Positions 21,075 to 29,840 are shown, numbered from the stretch's first letter. The stretch: 64,000 nucleotides of DNA from Escherichia coli (GCA_902499925.1 GCA_902499925.1_4130.1); one strand, 5' to 3'. Numbers and translations are program-made. Notes: a model not told the origin generated them from the sequence alone.

Positions 21075-21257
21075 TTAATTTGGTGGATTTGGATGTAATA
21101 AATGATCTATATAATTTAAATGTTCTATTGTAACTAATGAAAGATAATAATTGTAATCATCAATACCACCCTTTAAATGTATATTGTAATACATCTTGAT
21201 ACTTACTAATAAAGAATCATTTAAATCATTTATTGCTTTTGTATTAACGTCTTTCAT
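21075..21257 (-). CDS. Hypothetical small protein
   Basis: 60-aa ORF. Confidence 0.3.
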   Translation of the reverse strand: MKDVNTKAINDLNDSLLVSIKMYYNIHLKGGIDDYNYYLSLVTIEHLNYIDHLLHPNPPN

Positions 21258-21396
21258 TAATGTTCTTCTCTTAAAAAACGCTTAATGGCACAATCTAAAT
21301 AAAAATCATAATACATCATATCTCGATTCTTAACCCATACACAATAATCTGCATTAATATTTCTTAATAATATATTCATATTATAATCTTCACTCC

Positions 21397-21786
21397 CTAA
21401 TCGTGCCATTTAATAGGATACTCCGTTCCATTTATTGTATAAGATATAATCCATCCGTAATGAATAGGACTATTCTTTTCTCCTTTAGGAATAAAATATA
21501 AAGATGTACTAGGATTATAACTGAATAAATCTTTATTGTCAAATGTAAAATGAGATAACGTTATCTTCCTTGAACTTGGACTAATAACATTCTTAACACC
21601 AAACACGGTATCTTGATATTTCTCTGAAAATTCAAACAATGCATCTGTAATTAAATCATTGAATTCTATACATAATGGTTTAAAAGAACCATCATTATCT
21701 TTGAATTCCTTATATAAAGAGCTTCTTGTATTCAAAAGAAATATTACTTTTTTAAGATCCTGAACTATTTCTGGATTCATATTCAT
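21397..21786 (-). CDS. Hypothetical protein
   Basis: 129-aa ORF. Confidence 0.5.
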   Translation of the reverse strand: MNMNPEIVQDLKKVIFLLNTRSSLYKEFKDNDGSFKPLCIEFNDLITDALFEFSEKYQDTVFGVKNVISPSSRKITLSHFTFDNKDLFSYNPSTSLYFIPKGEKNSPIHYGWIISYTINGTEYPIKWHD

Positions 21787-22003
21787 TTATCTCATCCTGT
21801 AACTTAAGCATCAAAATTTGCATATTAATTTTTTGTACAAGGTGATTGAGAAATTTCTGTACTGTATCTTCTTGTTCTTTTGACCCAAGATAAAATAACA
21901 TATTAAATTCCGATAACCTCAGAGCAAAATCGTCATCTCCCCCTTGTAAACAAAAATCCCTGTACTTTGATGCATACAAATAACGGTTTATTTTTTTGTA
22001 CAT
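21752..22003 (-). CDS. Family B paralog
   Basis: Motif 'LGSKEQED'. Confidence 0.55.
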   Translation of the reverse strand: MYKKINRYLYASKYRDFCLQGGDDDFALRLSEFNMLFYLGSKEQEDTVQKFLNHLVQKINMQILMLKLQDEINEYESRNSSGS

Positions 22004-22031
22004 TTATATTGCATCTCCTTTAGGTATATTC

Positions 22032-22343
22032 TTATATGTCAATTTCAATGATCCTCCCTGACATACCTTGTATTAGCTTATCATACATATCGAGCATCAC
22101 TTTTTGAATACTAATTAATACTGGCATCGTGCAAATATCAATGTCGTATATTAAGCTGTACTGGAATAATTCCTCTTCCTGCATTTGTACTAAATTAGGT
22201 AAAAGATAATTGTCTGCCTCTTCATCCTGGTACTTGAAATGCATAACGCCATCCTTTTTGTACAAAAGAATGTCAATATCACCTAACTCTTCTGCATAAC
22301 CAAAAATACATATACTCGATGTTTTTGCTATATTAAATTTCAT
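22032..22343 (-). CDS. Family A paralog (short form)
   Basis: Motif 'EEELFQYSLIYD'. Confidence 0.75.
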   Translation of the reverse strand: MKFNIAKTSSICIFGYAEELGDIDILLYKKDGVMHFKYQDEEADNYLLPNLVQMQEEELFQYSLIYDIDICTMPVLISIQKVMLDMYDKLIQGMSGRIIEIDI

Positions 22344-22352
22344 ATTCTTCTC

Positions 22353-22676
22353 TTATATGTGGAATTCACATACGTGTTGAACAAAATTCTTTGGAAGATG
22401 ACAATGTGTAATCATCTGCTTTTGTACTTCCTTCATATCTTCGAATGTAAATCCTAAAGAATCATCATGTACTAACAAGTACTGAAACTCTTCTTCTTCA
22501 GAGATAGAACATAAATTCGGTACTGAAATTGTTTTTGTTTTTCTTGCACCTAATTTCCAATGAAAAGAATTATTGCATTTTCTGTACTCAAATATCTTCA
22601 ACCCAGAACCTGTATTAAAATCAGCTACTACAATGTAACATGAATTCTTACGTACAATACAATTGAACTTACGCAT
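22353..22676 (-). CDS. Family A paralog (short form)
   Basis: Motif 'EEEEFQYLLVHD'; start moved to MRKFNCIV (track ORF to 22703). Confidence 0.7.
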   Translation of the reverse strand: MRKFNCIVRKNSCYIVVADFNTGSGLKIFEYRKCNNSFHWKLGARKTKTISVPNLCSISEEEEFQYLLVHDDSLGFTFEDMKEVQKQMITHCHLPKNFVQHVCEFHI

Positions 22677-22921
22677 TATCTCCACCTCTCTCCGTCTGTA
22701 CAAGAGTACTGGTACGTTGTCGTTAGGGTAGGAACCATGTTTGTAATGGGCATATTGTTAACAATAACCGTAACAGGCATAAGAATCGTCTCTTCTCTAC
22801 TCTGTCCTGTCCTTGTGCAATTCATCTTCTGCATTTCATCTGAATCCATGAAATACAATACAAATGGTGCAATCCCAAGAACAATACACAAGACGATAAG
22901 GAAATTTAAAAAATTTAACAT
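22676..22921 (-). CDS. Putative small membrane protein
   Basis: N-terminal ~24 strongly hydrophobic residues (LNFLNFLIVLCIVLGIAPFVLYF). Confidence 0.4.
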   Translation of the reverse strand: MLNFLNFLIVLCIVLGIAPFVLYFMDSDEMQKMNCTRTGQSREETILMPVTVIVNNMPITNMVPTLTTTYQYSCTDGERWR

Positions 22922-22990
22922 AATTTTTACCCTCTATTTGAACGCTCAAAAAGTACAGGTACTATAGCACTAAAGAAAAGTACTGTCAAG

Positions 22991-23356
22991 CTAGTATTGC
23001 ACTGTTCTAATGAAAGTACCTGAACTCATGGATTTAAGCTTATGAACCTCTTCCTGTATACCCTTGAGCAACTCTAAAGGCATTGGTACATCATGTACTA
23101 AGCTGTACTGAAAGTATTCTTCTTCAGATAAAGTACTAACATCTGGGACGCCAATTTTAGTTAGATAATCTTGATGTGTTGACCAATAAATTATATCTTC
23201 AGTACAATTGTACTCCCCATATACTGAACAATATTGATGAATATCTTTCCTGTACCCTTGAGCAATAAAGAACTTATCTACGGCATTAATAGAACTCACT
23301 TCGATTGTTACAGTACTTGAGCTTGTTTTTCCTTTATTATGCATATTAATCCCCAA
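22991..23356 (-). CDS. Family A paralog (short form)
   Basis: Motif 'EEEYFQYSLVHD'. Confidence 0.75.
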   Translation of the reverse strand: MGINMHNKGKTSSSTVTIEVSSINAVDKFFIAQGYRKDIHQYCSVYGEYNCTEDIIYWSTHQDYLTKIGVPDVSTLSEEEYFQYSLVHDVPMPLELLKGIQEEVHKLKSMSSGTFIRTVQY

Positions 23357-23532
23357 ATTAGATATCGAACACTATCAGCTTGATAGTTAGTTCCTACTGT
23401 GTGTTTTAATATTAACTCATCTTTCAGTACTGAACATTCTGCATTAGATATAGGAAGTGAATTAATTCTTTGAATTTCTGGTCGCAACATACCGCGAATC
23501 TTGCGATAATCTTCGTATGATAATCTTTTCAT
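23308..23532 (-). CDS. Family B paralog
   Basis: Motif 'VGTNYQAD'. Confidence 0.6.
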   Translation of the reverse strand: MKRLSYEDYRKIRGMLRPEIQRINSLPISNAECSVLKDELILKHTVGTNYQADSVRYLIWGLICIIKEKQAQVL

Positions 23533-23535
23533 GGT

Positions 23536-23880
23536 TTAATACTCAATAATGTGTTCTTCATAATCACCATTAGGCTCCTGTTTAGCTTCTTTCATTAGTA
23601 CTATCATCTTATGTACTAATGGCATAGGAAACTCTAAATCCCATACTAATGATTCCTGAAAGTATTCCTCTGGTGATAAAGTACTTAAATCTTTAATATC
23701 AACGTGCTTGTATATTTTATTTTCGTAATTAACAAATGATATATATAAATCATTAATATAAGAATCATACGTAATTGTGAATGGCTTACCCTTGTAGTCC
23801 ATTACATCTCTACATAGACTACTTTTGATATATATATGTTCATAGGATTTATATACCTTGAGTTGTATATTAGTTTTCAT
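23536..23880 (-). CDS. Family A paralog (short form)
   Basis: Motif 'PEEYFQESLVWD'. Confidence 0.75.
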   Translation of the reverse strand: MKTNIQLKVYKSYEHIYIKSSLCRDVMDYKGKPFTITYDSYINDLYISFVNYENKIYKHVDIKDLSTLSPEEYFQESLVWDLEFPMPLVHKMIVLMKEAKQEPNGDYEEHIIEY

Positions 23881-24121
23881 ATTTCTCTTTATTAGCTTGT
23901 TTGGTTTTATAGTGAATTAAATCTATTAATGTAATCAAGTACAACTTCAAAAAGTACTCTTGATGGTTCGTACCTAATGATACAAAGAACTTATGCTCAT
24001 AAATCAAAACCTGTTTCACTTCAAAGGGACACTTAATCCTCTGTATAGGTTTAAGTAAATGATAGTACTTATTAAATCTATGATACATTTCTAGTTCTGT
24101 CAGTACTTTCATATTAAACAA
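23870..24121 (-). CDS. Family B paralog (LGTNYQE-motif small protein)
   Basis: Motif 'LGTNHQEY'. Confidence 0.65.
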   Translation of the reverse strand: MFNMKVLTELEMYHRFNKYYHLLKPIQRIKCPFEVKQVLIYEHKFFVSLGTNHQEYFLKLYLITLIDLIHYKTKQANKEKYEN

Positions 24122-24335
24122 TCACTCCATTAGCTGTAGCATCACGTAAAGCTCTCAAATACTTCTGTACTGCTTGCTCTTGCTTATTTGTACCTAAAAG
24201 TATATACATCCATAATTCACTGTAATGTACATCTTGTGTATAAGGGTTGTTGTAACTTTTTGATAATATAGCATCAAATTCAGATGCATGAACCCTTGTG
24301 AACTTAAGAATATCTTGTTGTGTTATGATTCTCAT
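24114..24335 (-). CDS. Family B paralog
   Basis: Motif 'LGTNKQEQ'. Confidence 0.7.
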   Translation of the reverse strand: MRIITQQDILKFTRVHASEFDAILSKSYNNPYTQDVHYSELWMYILLGTNKQEQAVQKYLRALRDATANGVIV

Positions 24336-24547
24336 ATCTTTTCCTGTACTATCTGTATAAGAATCCCTATGTGTGAATTAACAGTTCTCTCTTGATGCTG
24401 TGTTCCTAAGAGTGTCAGTACTATCATCTCTGAACGCAAAAGATTTTTCTGAAGTTCACTTATATCAGTCCTCATATCAAGATTCAGAAATTCTTGACTA
24501 TTTTTTCTGAATAGTGCCAAGTACTCTTGATTTGATATTTCCTTCAT
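24332..24547 (-). CDS. Family B paralog
   Basis: Motif 'LGTQHQER'. Confidence 0.7.
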   Translation of the reverse strand: MKEISNQEYLALFRKNSQEFLNLDMRTDISELQKNLLRSEMIVLTLLGTQHQERTVNSHIGILIQIVQEKI

Positions 24548-24774
24548 AGTTTATCCCTGATGCCATTTAAAAGTGCTCTAATATGCTCCTGTACGAATTT
24601 GTACTGACTGTCTGTTCCTAGAGTGAGTAGCAATCTTAAATCTGAACTTTTGATGTGATATTCTAAATCATTATTTGATTCTTGCATCAGTTTCTTAAAG
24701 GATGAGAAGTTTGCAGCCATTAGTTCAATGTATTCTGCTGTTCCTAGTGGTTTGTGTATTGGCTGTTTGTGCAT
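24544..24774 (-). CDS. Family B paralog
   Basis: Motif 'LGTDSQYK'. Confidence 0.7.
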   Translation of the reverse strand: MHKQPIHKPLGTAEYIELMAANFSSFKKLMQESNNDLEYHIKSSDLRLLLTLGTDSQYKFVQEHIRALLNGIRDKL

Positions 24775-24986
24775 TTTAATTTTATTACCCTTTTGAGTGT
24801 ATTAATGTAATTATACACATTGGCTTCTTGATAGTTAGTTCCCAGTGTAGCTTGAACATAGATTTCATTTAACTTAATAATTTTATCAGTATCTGGTAGT
24901 TTTGATGTGTTAATGGCAAATAACTTCAAAAACAGTCCATTTAAGATTGTTAGGTATTCTTCGTCGGTAATGATTCGCATTTGCAT
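24744..24986 (-). CDS. Family B paralog
   Basis: Motif 'LGTNYQEA'. Confidence 0.7.
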   Translation of the reverse strand: MQMRIITDEEYLTILNGLFLKLFAINTSKLPDTDKIIKLNEIYVQATLGTNYQEANVYNYINTLKRVIKLKCTNSQYTNH

Positions 24987-25192
24987 TGGATAAACCTTTT
25001 TAGTTCTTTGATGTAATCATTAATATTGCATTCTTGATAGTTAGTCCCTAGGGTAGCTTGAACATAGATTTCACTCATTAGAATATTTTTTTCTTCATCA
25101 GGTAAATCTGTGGTCTTTGCTATATACAATTTTAGAATTAAACTACTTAATAGTTCGTGGTATTCACTTGGTGAAAGGATTTTCATTTGCAT
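24950..25192 (-). CDS. Family B paralog
   Basis: Motif 'LGTNYQEC'; near-duplicate of 24744..24986. Confidence 0.7.
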   Translation of the reverse strand: MQMKILSPSEYHELLSSLILKLYIAKTTDLPDEEKNILMSEIYVQATLGTNYQECNINDYIKELKRFIQCKCESLPTKNT

Positions 25193-25398
25193 GTTCTCAG
25201 TACAGATTCTTTAAGTTCATCGATGTAGTCCTCAACGAATTGCTCTTGGAAGTTAGTTCCAATATATAAAAGAACTCTTAAATCTGCTCTAAGTAACTCT
25301 TTTTCATCATCATCTATATCAGACAATGTTATGTTTAAGAATTTACTTGTATTAAAGATTAACAATTCTGTTTGTTCACTGTGGCTTAAAATTTTCAT
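25183..25398 (-). CDS. Family B paralog
   Basis: Motif 'IGTNFQEQ'. Confidence 0.7.
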   Translation of the reverse strand: MKILSHSEQTELLIFNTSKFLNITLSDIDDDEKELLRADLRVLLYIGTNFQEQFVEDYIDELKESVLRTCK

Positions 25399-25606
25399 AA
25401 TCTCTTTTTGCTTTCCTCGACAGTAGGTACAAATACGATTCTTCGTATTGTGCTTGGAAGTTTGTGTTTAAGAGTCGAAACAACTTCTGTTCTTCTAGAA
25501 CGAGTTGCTTATCTTCATAACAACGGTAGCGTATCAACTTTTTGTATTCGATGTTGATTACATCCATTACTATAAGCCCATGTTCATCATCTGTCAAGTG
25601 CTTCAT
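25376..25606 (-). CDS. Family B paralog
   Basis: Motif 'LNTNFQAQ'. Confidence 0.65.
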   Translation of the reverse strand: MKHLTDDEHGLIVMDVINIEYKKLIRYRCYEDKQLVLEEQKLFRLLNTNFQAQYEESYLYLLSRKAKRDYENFKPQ

Positions 25607-25845
25607 GCTTTTTTTCTTTTCCTGATGTGTTTAGTTAAAAGGTATATTAGTTTTCTGATGTATTCTTCCTGATAGTTTGTTCCTAATAGTGCAAGAAGTT
25701 TTGCTTCAACTAAAGCTAATTGACGTTCTTCAAATGTGTGTTCCAGTATGTACTTTGGGTTTGATTTTTTAGAAATTGCACTATTAGTTTTCATTACAAT
25801 CTTATGATATTCATTAACTGTTAGGATTTTTAAATTCTTGAGCAT
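25603..25845 (-). CDS. Family B paralog
   Basis: Motif 'LGTNYQEE'. Confidence 0.7.
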   Translation of the reverse strand: MLKNLKILTVNEYHKIVMKTNSAISKKSNPKYILEHTFEERQLALVEAKLLALLGTNYQEEYIRKLIYLLTKHIRKRKKA

Positions 25846-26071
25846 GTACCTTTTCCTTTATAGAGAATTTAAGATATCGAAGCATACTTTCAATGTAATA
25901 CTCTTGTCTGTCAGTTCCAAGAAAGTACAGGAGTTGAATGTATAAAACTTCTGCACTCCTTTCGGCATGTGACTTGTTTGTGTCGTTTGGAAGTTGATTT
26001 GTAAGTTTTCTGGATTTAATTAATCGTTCTTTTAACTCATCGTCTGTTAAGTATTTCATTTGCATTTGCAT
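25814..26071 (-). CDS. Family B paralog
   Basis: Motif 'LGTDRQEY'. Confidence 0.7.
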   Translation of the reverse strand: MQMQMKYLTDDELKERLIKSRKLTNQLPNDTNKSHAERSAEVLYIQLLYFLGTDRQEYYIESMLRYLKFSIKEKVHAQEFKNPNS

Positions 26072-26297
26072 TTACTTTTTCCTTAATAGTGATTTTAAGA
26101 TATCTAATCATACGTGCAACATATTCCTCTTGTCTATCAGTTCCCAGAAGATATGGTAGTGATTGGAATAATACTTCTGCACTCCTTTCTGCTGGGGTTT
26201 GGTTTAGGTCAATTGGACGTTTATTGGTATATCTCTTGGCACGAACTAATCTCTCGACGTATTCATTATAGGTTAAGTATATCATTTCATTTTGCAT
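26037..26297 (-). CDS. Family B paralog
   Basis: Motif 'LGTDRQEE'; near-duplicate of 25814..26071. Confidence 0.7.
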   Translation of the reverse strand: MQNEMIYLTYNEYVERLVRAKRYTNKRPIDLNQTPAERSAEVLFQSLPYLLGTDRQEEYVARMIRYLKITIKEKVNANANEILNRR

Positions 26298-26533
26298 TTA
26301 ATGTTTCTTACGTAAATTGTCTGGATTAAACAATCAATCCAAGTTTGAATATATTGGTTTTGATACTGTGTGCCTAAGAGACTCTGCATTTTAAACTCTG
26401 CTTCAAGTTCATATCTCTTTTCTATAGAAAAGCTCAAATGACCATATTCTTTATCGTATCTTCTCAGTGCTTCCCCAATTCTATCAAATCTTTCTGCTAA
26501 TCTGATGTTATTCACAATATTCATCGCATTCAT
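26282..26533 (-). CDS. Family B paralog
   Basis: Motif 'LGTQYQNQ'. Confidence 0.7.
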   Translation of the reverse strand: MNAMNIVNNIRLAERFDRIGEALRRYDKEYGHLSFSIEKRYELEAEFKMQSLLGTQYQNQYIQTWIDCLIQTIYVRNIKCKMK

Positions 26534-26808
26534 CGATCAGTACACCTCAGTGGTTGGGTCATTTGATGAAAGTACAGCTTACCTCTGATTTCCAGTAGTA
26601 ACTCCGCGATTAAGCGATTTACTTCTGTATCTTGATAGTTTGTTCCTAAGAATACACCCATCTTTAACTCACGCATCATAATCATTTTCTTACTGTGTTG
26701 AATTTCTGGGTTGTGATAGATTGTATTACGTTTGTGCGTAATTTTTGTCATACGCTCGGTATATTCATCTTTACTTAAATTAATCATTTTTATTCTCCAA
26801 AGCATCAC
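26530..26808 (-). CDS. Family B paralog (start probably at internal MINLSKDEY)
   Basis: Motif 'LGTNYQDT'. Confidence 0.65.
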   Translation of the reverse strand: MMLWRIKMINLSKDEYTERMTKITHKRNTIYHNPEIQHSKKMIMMRELKMGVFLGTNYQDTEVNRLIAELLLEIRGKLYFHQMTQPLRCTDR

Positions 26809-27019
26809 ATTTATTTTCGATACAAATCATTAGTTCTCTAAGATAGTTTTTTATCTTACCTTCCTGATGGTTCGTCCCCAGGAAGTTGCATAACTCTGCT
26901 TCTATTATTTTGATTCTTCTGGTGTCAGGTTTCAATTTTTTGTTATTGAAGATTTGAATCCTTATATCCCTTGATGCATTTAAACGTTTTTGATATTCAT
27001 GGAAAGATAAATTAATCAT
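26780..27019 (-). CDS. Family B paralog
   Basis: Motif 'LGTNHQEG'. Confidence 0.7.
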   Translation of the reverse strand: MINLSFHEYQKRLNASRDIRIQIFNNKKLKPDTRRIKIIEAELCNFLGTNHQEGKIKNYLRELMICIENKCDALENKND

Positions 27020-27234
27020 TTACTTTGTATCTCTCTCTTGAGGGCATCAATTAACAACAGTACAGCATTCTCTTGATAGTTTGTTCCTAAGACTGAAAGC
27101 ATCTTAATCTCATTTACTACAATCAACTTCTTTGAGCGTTCAATAATGTTACTATTATAAACGGCGTTACGTGCTGGATAAGTTTTTGCAAGACGAACAT
27201 AATATTCATCTTTACTTAAATTAATCATTTGCAT
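27016..27234 (-). CDS. Family B paralog
   Basis: Motif 'LGTNYQEN'. Confidence 0.7.
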   Translation of the reverse strand: MQMINLSKDEYYVRLAKTYPARNAVYNSNIIERSKKLIVVNEIKMLSVLGTNYQENAVLLLIDALKREIQSK

Positions 27235-27443
27235 TTACTTTGGATCTCCTTGACTAATGCATCAACCCACATGTCTATATACATTTGTTGATAGTTTGTC
27301 CCTATGAGTGCCCCTGCATAGAGTTCAGCTACCATTGCATGTTTTAGGTTGGCAGGGATGCTCTTATCAGATTGAATCTTTACTCTTCTGTTGGCACATG
27401 TTTTCAGAAGCTTAACATATTCGTAACCTATTAATTTTCTCAT
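27225..27443 (-). CDS. Family B paralog
   Basis: Motif 'IGTNYQQM'. Confidence 0.7.
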   Translation of the reverse strand: MRKLIGYEYVKLLKTCANRRVKIQSDKSIPANLKHAMVAELYAGALIGTNYQQMYIDMWVDALVKEIQSKCK

Positions 27444-27655
27444 TCTTTTGATATCACCTTGTTACGTAAGGCACTTAACAATACGTCAGTGTAGATGTTT
27501 TGATAGTTTGTTCCTACGAATACACCCAACTTCATTTCAGCTATTATAACACATTTGTCCTCTTGTGCAATAGACTTGTCTAAAGAAATACTAACAACTT
27601 TCCTTCTTATAGCTTGTAACCTCCAATGATACTGATACTCATTTAGGGTTATCAT
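27440..27655 (-). CDS. Family B paralog
   Basis: Motif 'VGTNYQNI'. Confidence 0.7.
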   Translation of the reverse strand: MITLNEYQYHWRLQAIRRKVVSISLDKSIAQEDKCVIIAEMKLGVFVGTNYQNIYTDVLLSALRNKVISKE

Positions 27656-27890
27656 TCTCTCGCCTCCATTTCTCGGTTCTAATGTGTTGACATTGTGCTT
27701 CGATGAACATATCTATTGATTTGGCAATTGCTTTTTTATCTGTGCCTGTCATCAGTACAAGCATCTCGGCCTCACAGTGAAGTAAACGCATGATATCATA
27801 GGGTAATATTCCAGATACCGTGTCATAGTGTTTCTGTGCCAGTGTCTGTAATAGTTTACAATACATTTTGTGATTTAGTCTGTGTCGCAT
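27639..27890 (-). CDS. Family B-like paralog (divergent)
   Basis: Divergent motif 'TGTDKKAI'; same size and position in array. Confidence 0.55.
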   Translation of the reverse strand: MRHRLNHKMYCKLLQTLAQKHYDTVSGILPYDIMRLLHCEAEMLVLMTGTDKKAIAKSIDMFIEAQCQHIRTEKWRRENDNPK

Positions 27891-28147
27891 TGTTTATTCC
27901 ATTCTTTTTTGGCCTTGATGGTTTTATATTGGATTTGGTTTCTTAATGCTGATAAGTATCGTTGAATGAACAGATCTTGATAGTTTGTTCCAATGAATTT
28001 CATCAGATAAAGTTCACCGTTGATAACATCCACTTCAGGTGCACCATATAAGGCATTGTTTTTTCTAAGGGTATGGATTAAAGAGAATAGGGCAGTTTGA
28101 TACTCAACTCCTGATAAAGTCTTCATGTTTTGTGAGCCAATAATCAT
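27875..28147 (-). CDS. Family B paralog
   Basis: Motif 'IGTNYQDL'. Confidence 0.7.
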   Translation of the reverse strand: MIIGSQNMKTLSGVEYQTALFSLIHTLRKNNALYGAPEVDVINGELYLMKFIGTNYQDLFIQRYLSALRNQIQYKTIKAKKEWNKQCDTD

Positions 28148-28361
28148 CTAGTTTATCCTGTATAACATTCATTAATTGTTCGACATATTCTGTGCAAAAC
28201 TTATCTTGATATTGAGTCCCCATAAAGTACAACAACCATAGCTCATTAACTTTAGCTCGCATTTGGTTCCATGTAAGGCTGGGGTCATCGTAGACTATCC
28301 TTGCTATAGGGGTTAGTTTACGGACTATAGTTTCATATTCATCTAGTGTTAAGTGTTTCAT
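28104..28361 (-). CDS. Family B paralog
   Basis: Motif 'MGTQYQDK'. Confidence 0.7.
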   Translation of the reverse strand: MKHLTLDEYETIVRKLTPIARIVYDDPSLTWNQMRAKVNELWLLYFMGTQYQDKFCTEYVEQLMNVIQDKLDDYWLTKHEDFIRS

Positions 28362-28576
28362 TTACATTTGTCCCTTATTAGATCAGTGAGGGCAACTATG
28401 TGTGCAACAACATACTCTTCCTGAAAGTTCGTCCCCAGTACAGCCATCATGCGTATATCGGTGGTGTTTATCCTGTGTTCCCTTACACATAAACCTTCTG
28501 TGTGAGGAAGTGTAAAATATTTGTTTATTGCAGCAACGATAATTTTATTCTTCTCGGAGTTACTTAAATGTTTCAT
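28358..28576 (-). CDS. Family B paralog
   Basis: Motif 'LGTNFQEE'. Confidence 0.7.
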   Translation of the reverse strand: MKHLSNSEKNKIIVAAINKYFTLPHTEGLCVREHRINTTDIRMMAVLGTNFQEEYVVAHIVALTDLIRDKCK

Positions 28577-28785
28577 AGTTTGCTCTTAATGTATTTCTGG
28601 AGTGCAATTATATACTCATTCAAGAAATGCTCCTGATAGTCTGTGCCGAGGAATGCACCCAATAGTATATCATTTTCCAATACTAATGCTAAGTTTAAAT
28701 CATCAGTCTCTTCATATACTATGAGAATTTCAAGTTGTCTGGCAGCGACGCGTTCGGTATATAGATTTGAGTTAATGCTATTCAT
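28573..28785 (-). CDS. Family B paralog
   Basis: Motif 'LGTDYQEH'. Confidence 0.7.
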   Translation of the reverse strand: MNSINSNLYTERVAARQLEILIVYEETDDLNLALVLENDILLGAFLGTDYQEHFLNEYIIALQKYIKSKL

Positions 28786-28994
28786 AGTTTACTCTTAATG
28801 TAATTCTGGAGTGCAATTAAGTATTCCCCTACATAATACACCTGAAAGTCTGTATCCAAAAATGCACCCATAAGTAAATCTTTTTCTAATACCCTTGATA
28901 AGTTAAGGTCTGCATTTGAAAGGTATATAAGTAAGATTTCACCCTGTGCGGAATTGAAACGTTTCTTATATTCTTCTGGTGTTAAAAAAATCAT
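28782..28994 (-). CDS. Family B paralog
   Basis: Motif 'LDTDFQVY'; near-duplicate of 28573..28785. Confidence 0.65.
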   Translation of the reverse strand: MIFLTPEEYKKRFNSAQGEILLIYLSNADLNLSRVLEKDLLMGAFLDTDFQVYYVGEYLIALQNYIKSKL

Positions 28995-29200
28995 AGTTTC
29001 CTCTTAATATCTTCTATTAAAAATCGAATCCAATCGTCAACATACTCTTCCTGATGGTTTGTGTTCAGTACAGCCAACATGCGGATCTCTGCTCTTGCAA
29101 CTTCAATTGCAGTTTTAGGAAGGTCTTTTCTGATATCCAACATTAAGTCCATGTATCTCAAGATAAGACCGTATGATTGGGTTCGTGTTATAGTTTTCAT
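28991..29200 (-). CDS. Family B paralog
   Basis: Motif 'LNTNHQEE'. Confidence 0.65.
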   Translation of the reverse strand: MKTITRTQSYGLILRYMDLMLDIRKDLPKTAIEVARAEIRMLAVLNTNHQEEYVDDWIRFLIEDIKRKL

Positions 29201-29397
29201 TGTTTCCTCGTGGATAATATTTCATTTTTCAATGCATCCATATATTGAATCACCCATCTTCCCTGATAGCTTGTTCCCAATGTAATCAAAAGGTATAACT
29301 CAATTCGTTCTAAGTTTGTGTCTGTGTTATAAATCTTTACCATGTTTTTACGTAACAGTTCTTGATAATCTTCTTTATTTAAAATACGCATTTTCAT
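29197..29397 (-). CDS. Family B paralog
   Basis: Motif 'LGTSYQGR'. Confidence 0.65.
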   Translation of the reverse strand: MKMRILNKEDYQELLRKNMVKIYNTDTNLERIELYLLITLGTSYQGRWVIQYMDALKNEILSTRKQ

Positions 29398-29591
29398 AGT
29401 CTACCTTTTATGTCCCTTCGTAATTCTTGTAAGTATAGTTCGATATACTTTTCTTGATAGTTAGTTCCTATGAAAAGTTTCATAACCAATTCACGCTTAT
29501 ATGCAATACCACGGATATGTGACATATGTAGGATATATGCCATGTTGGATATGAGTGTGTGGTTGTGCTCTTCTTGAGTTAAAATACGCAT
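29394..29591 (-). CDS. Family B paralog, first gene of array
   Basis: Motif 'IGTNYQEK'; start moved to MRILTQEE preceded by GGAG (track ORF to 29621). Confidence 0.7.
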   Translation of the reverse strand: MRILTQEEHNHTLISNMAYILHMSHIRGIAYKRELVMKLFIGTNYQEKYIELYLQELRRDIKGRL

Positions 29592-29619
29592 AGGGACTCC
29601 ATTAAAAATAATATCAATC

Positions 29620-29650
29620 ATATAATATACAATTCATATAAAAAGTCAAT
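29620..29650 (-). promoter_or_regulatory. Candidate sigma70-like promoter reading into family B array
   Basis: Minus-strand TTGACT, ~17-nt spacer, TATTAT/ATTATA just upstream of gene start 29591; approximate. Confidence 0.35.
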
Positions 29651-29840
29651 AACATTTTATTAGTAATACCCCTTTATCGAAGTCGCTAAGGTTACCCGCC
29701 CTTTAGCCCCCTACGCATTTTGCCATAGTCCAATCCCTTTTTATTCATAAAAGTCAAGGGATTACCTATGCATTTTTTTAACGCTGAAATTTAAAAATGC
29801 CTTGACTTTTTTATGATTCAGTACTAAATCCTTTTACGCA

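Noticed and set aside
814-23880. Interpreting the EExxFQxS motif as a genuine 3C/TEV-type protease cleavage site
   Set aside because: No protease gene seen in the window and such proteases are not typical of phages; retained only as a low-probability note under the family A finding.
606-29285. Plus-strand ORFs of 60-90 aa overlapping the minus-strand paralog arrays (e.g. 606..875, 1925..2200, 4611..4802, 7685..7912, 19523..19768, 26114..26329, 29061..29285)
   Set aside because: They lie antisense within continuous minus-strand genes that carry conserved family motifs, lack SD sequences and have low-complexity composition typical of AT-rich antisense frames.
23870-29621. Possibility that the regularly spaced ~220-bp units form a CRISPR array or a noncoding tandem repeat
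   Set aside because: Units are protein-coding with a conserved amino-acid motif and variable DNA; no short identical direct repeats separated by unique spacers.
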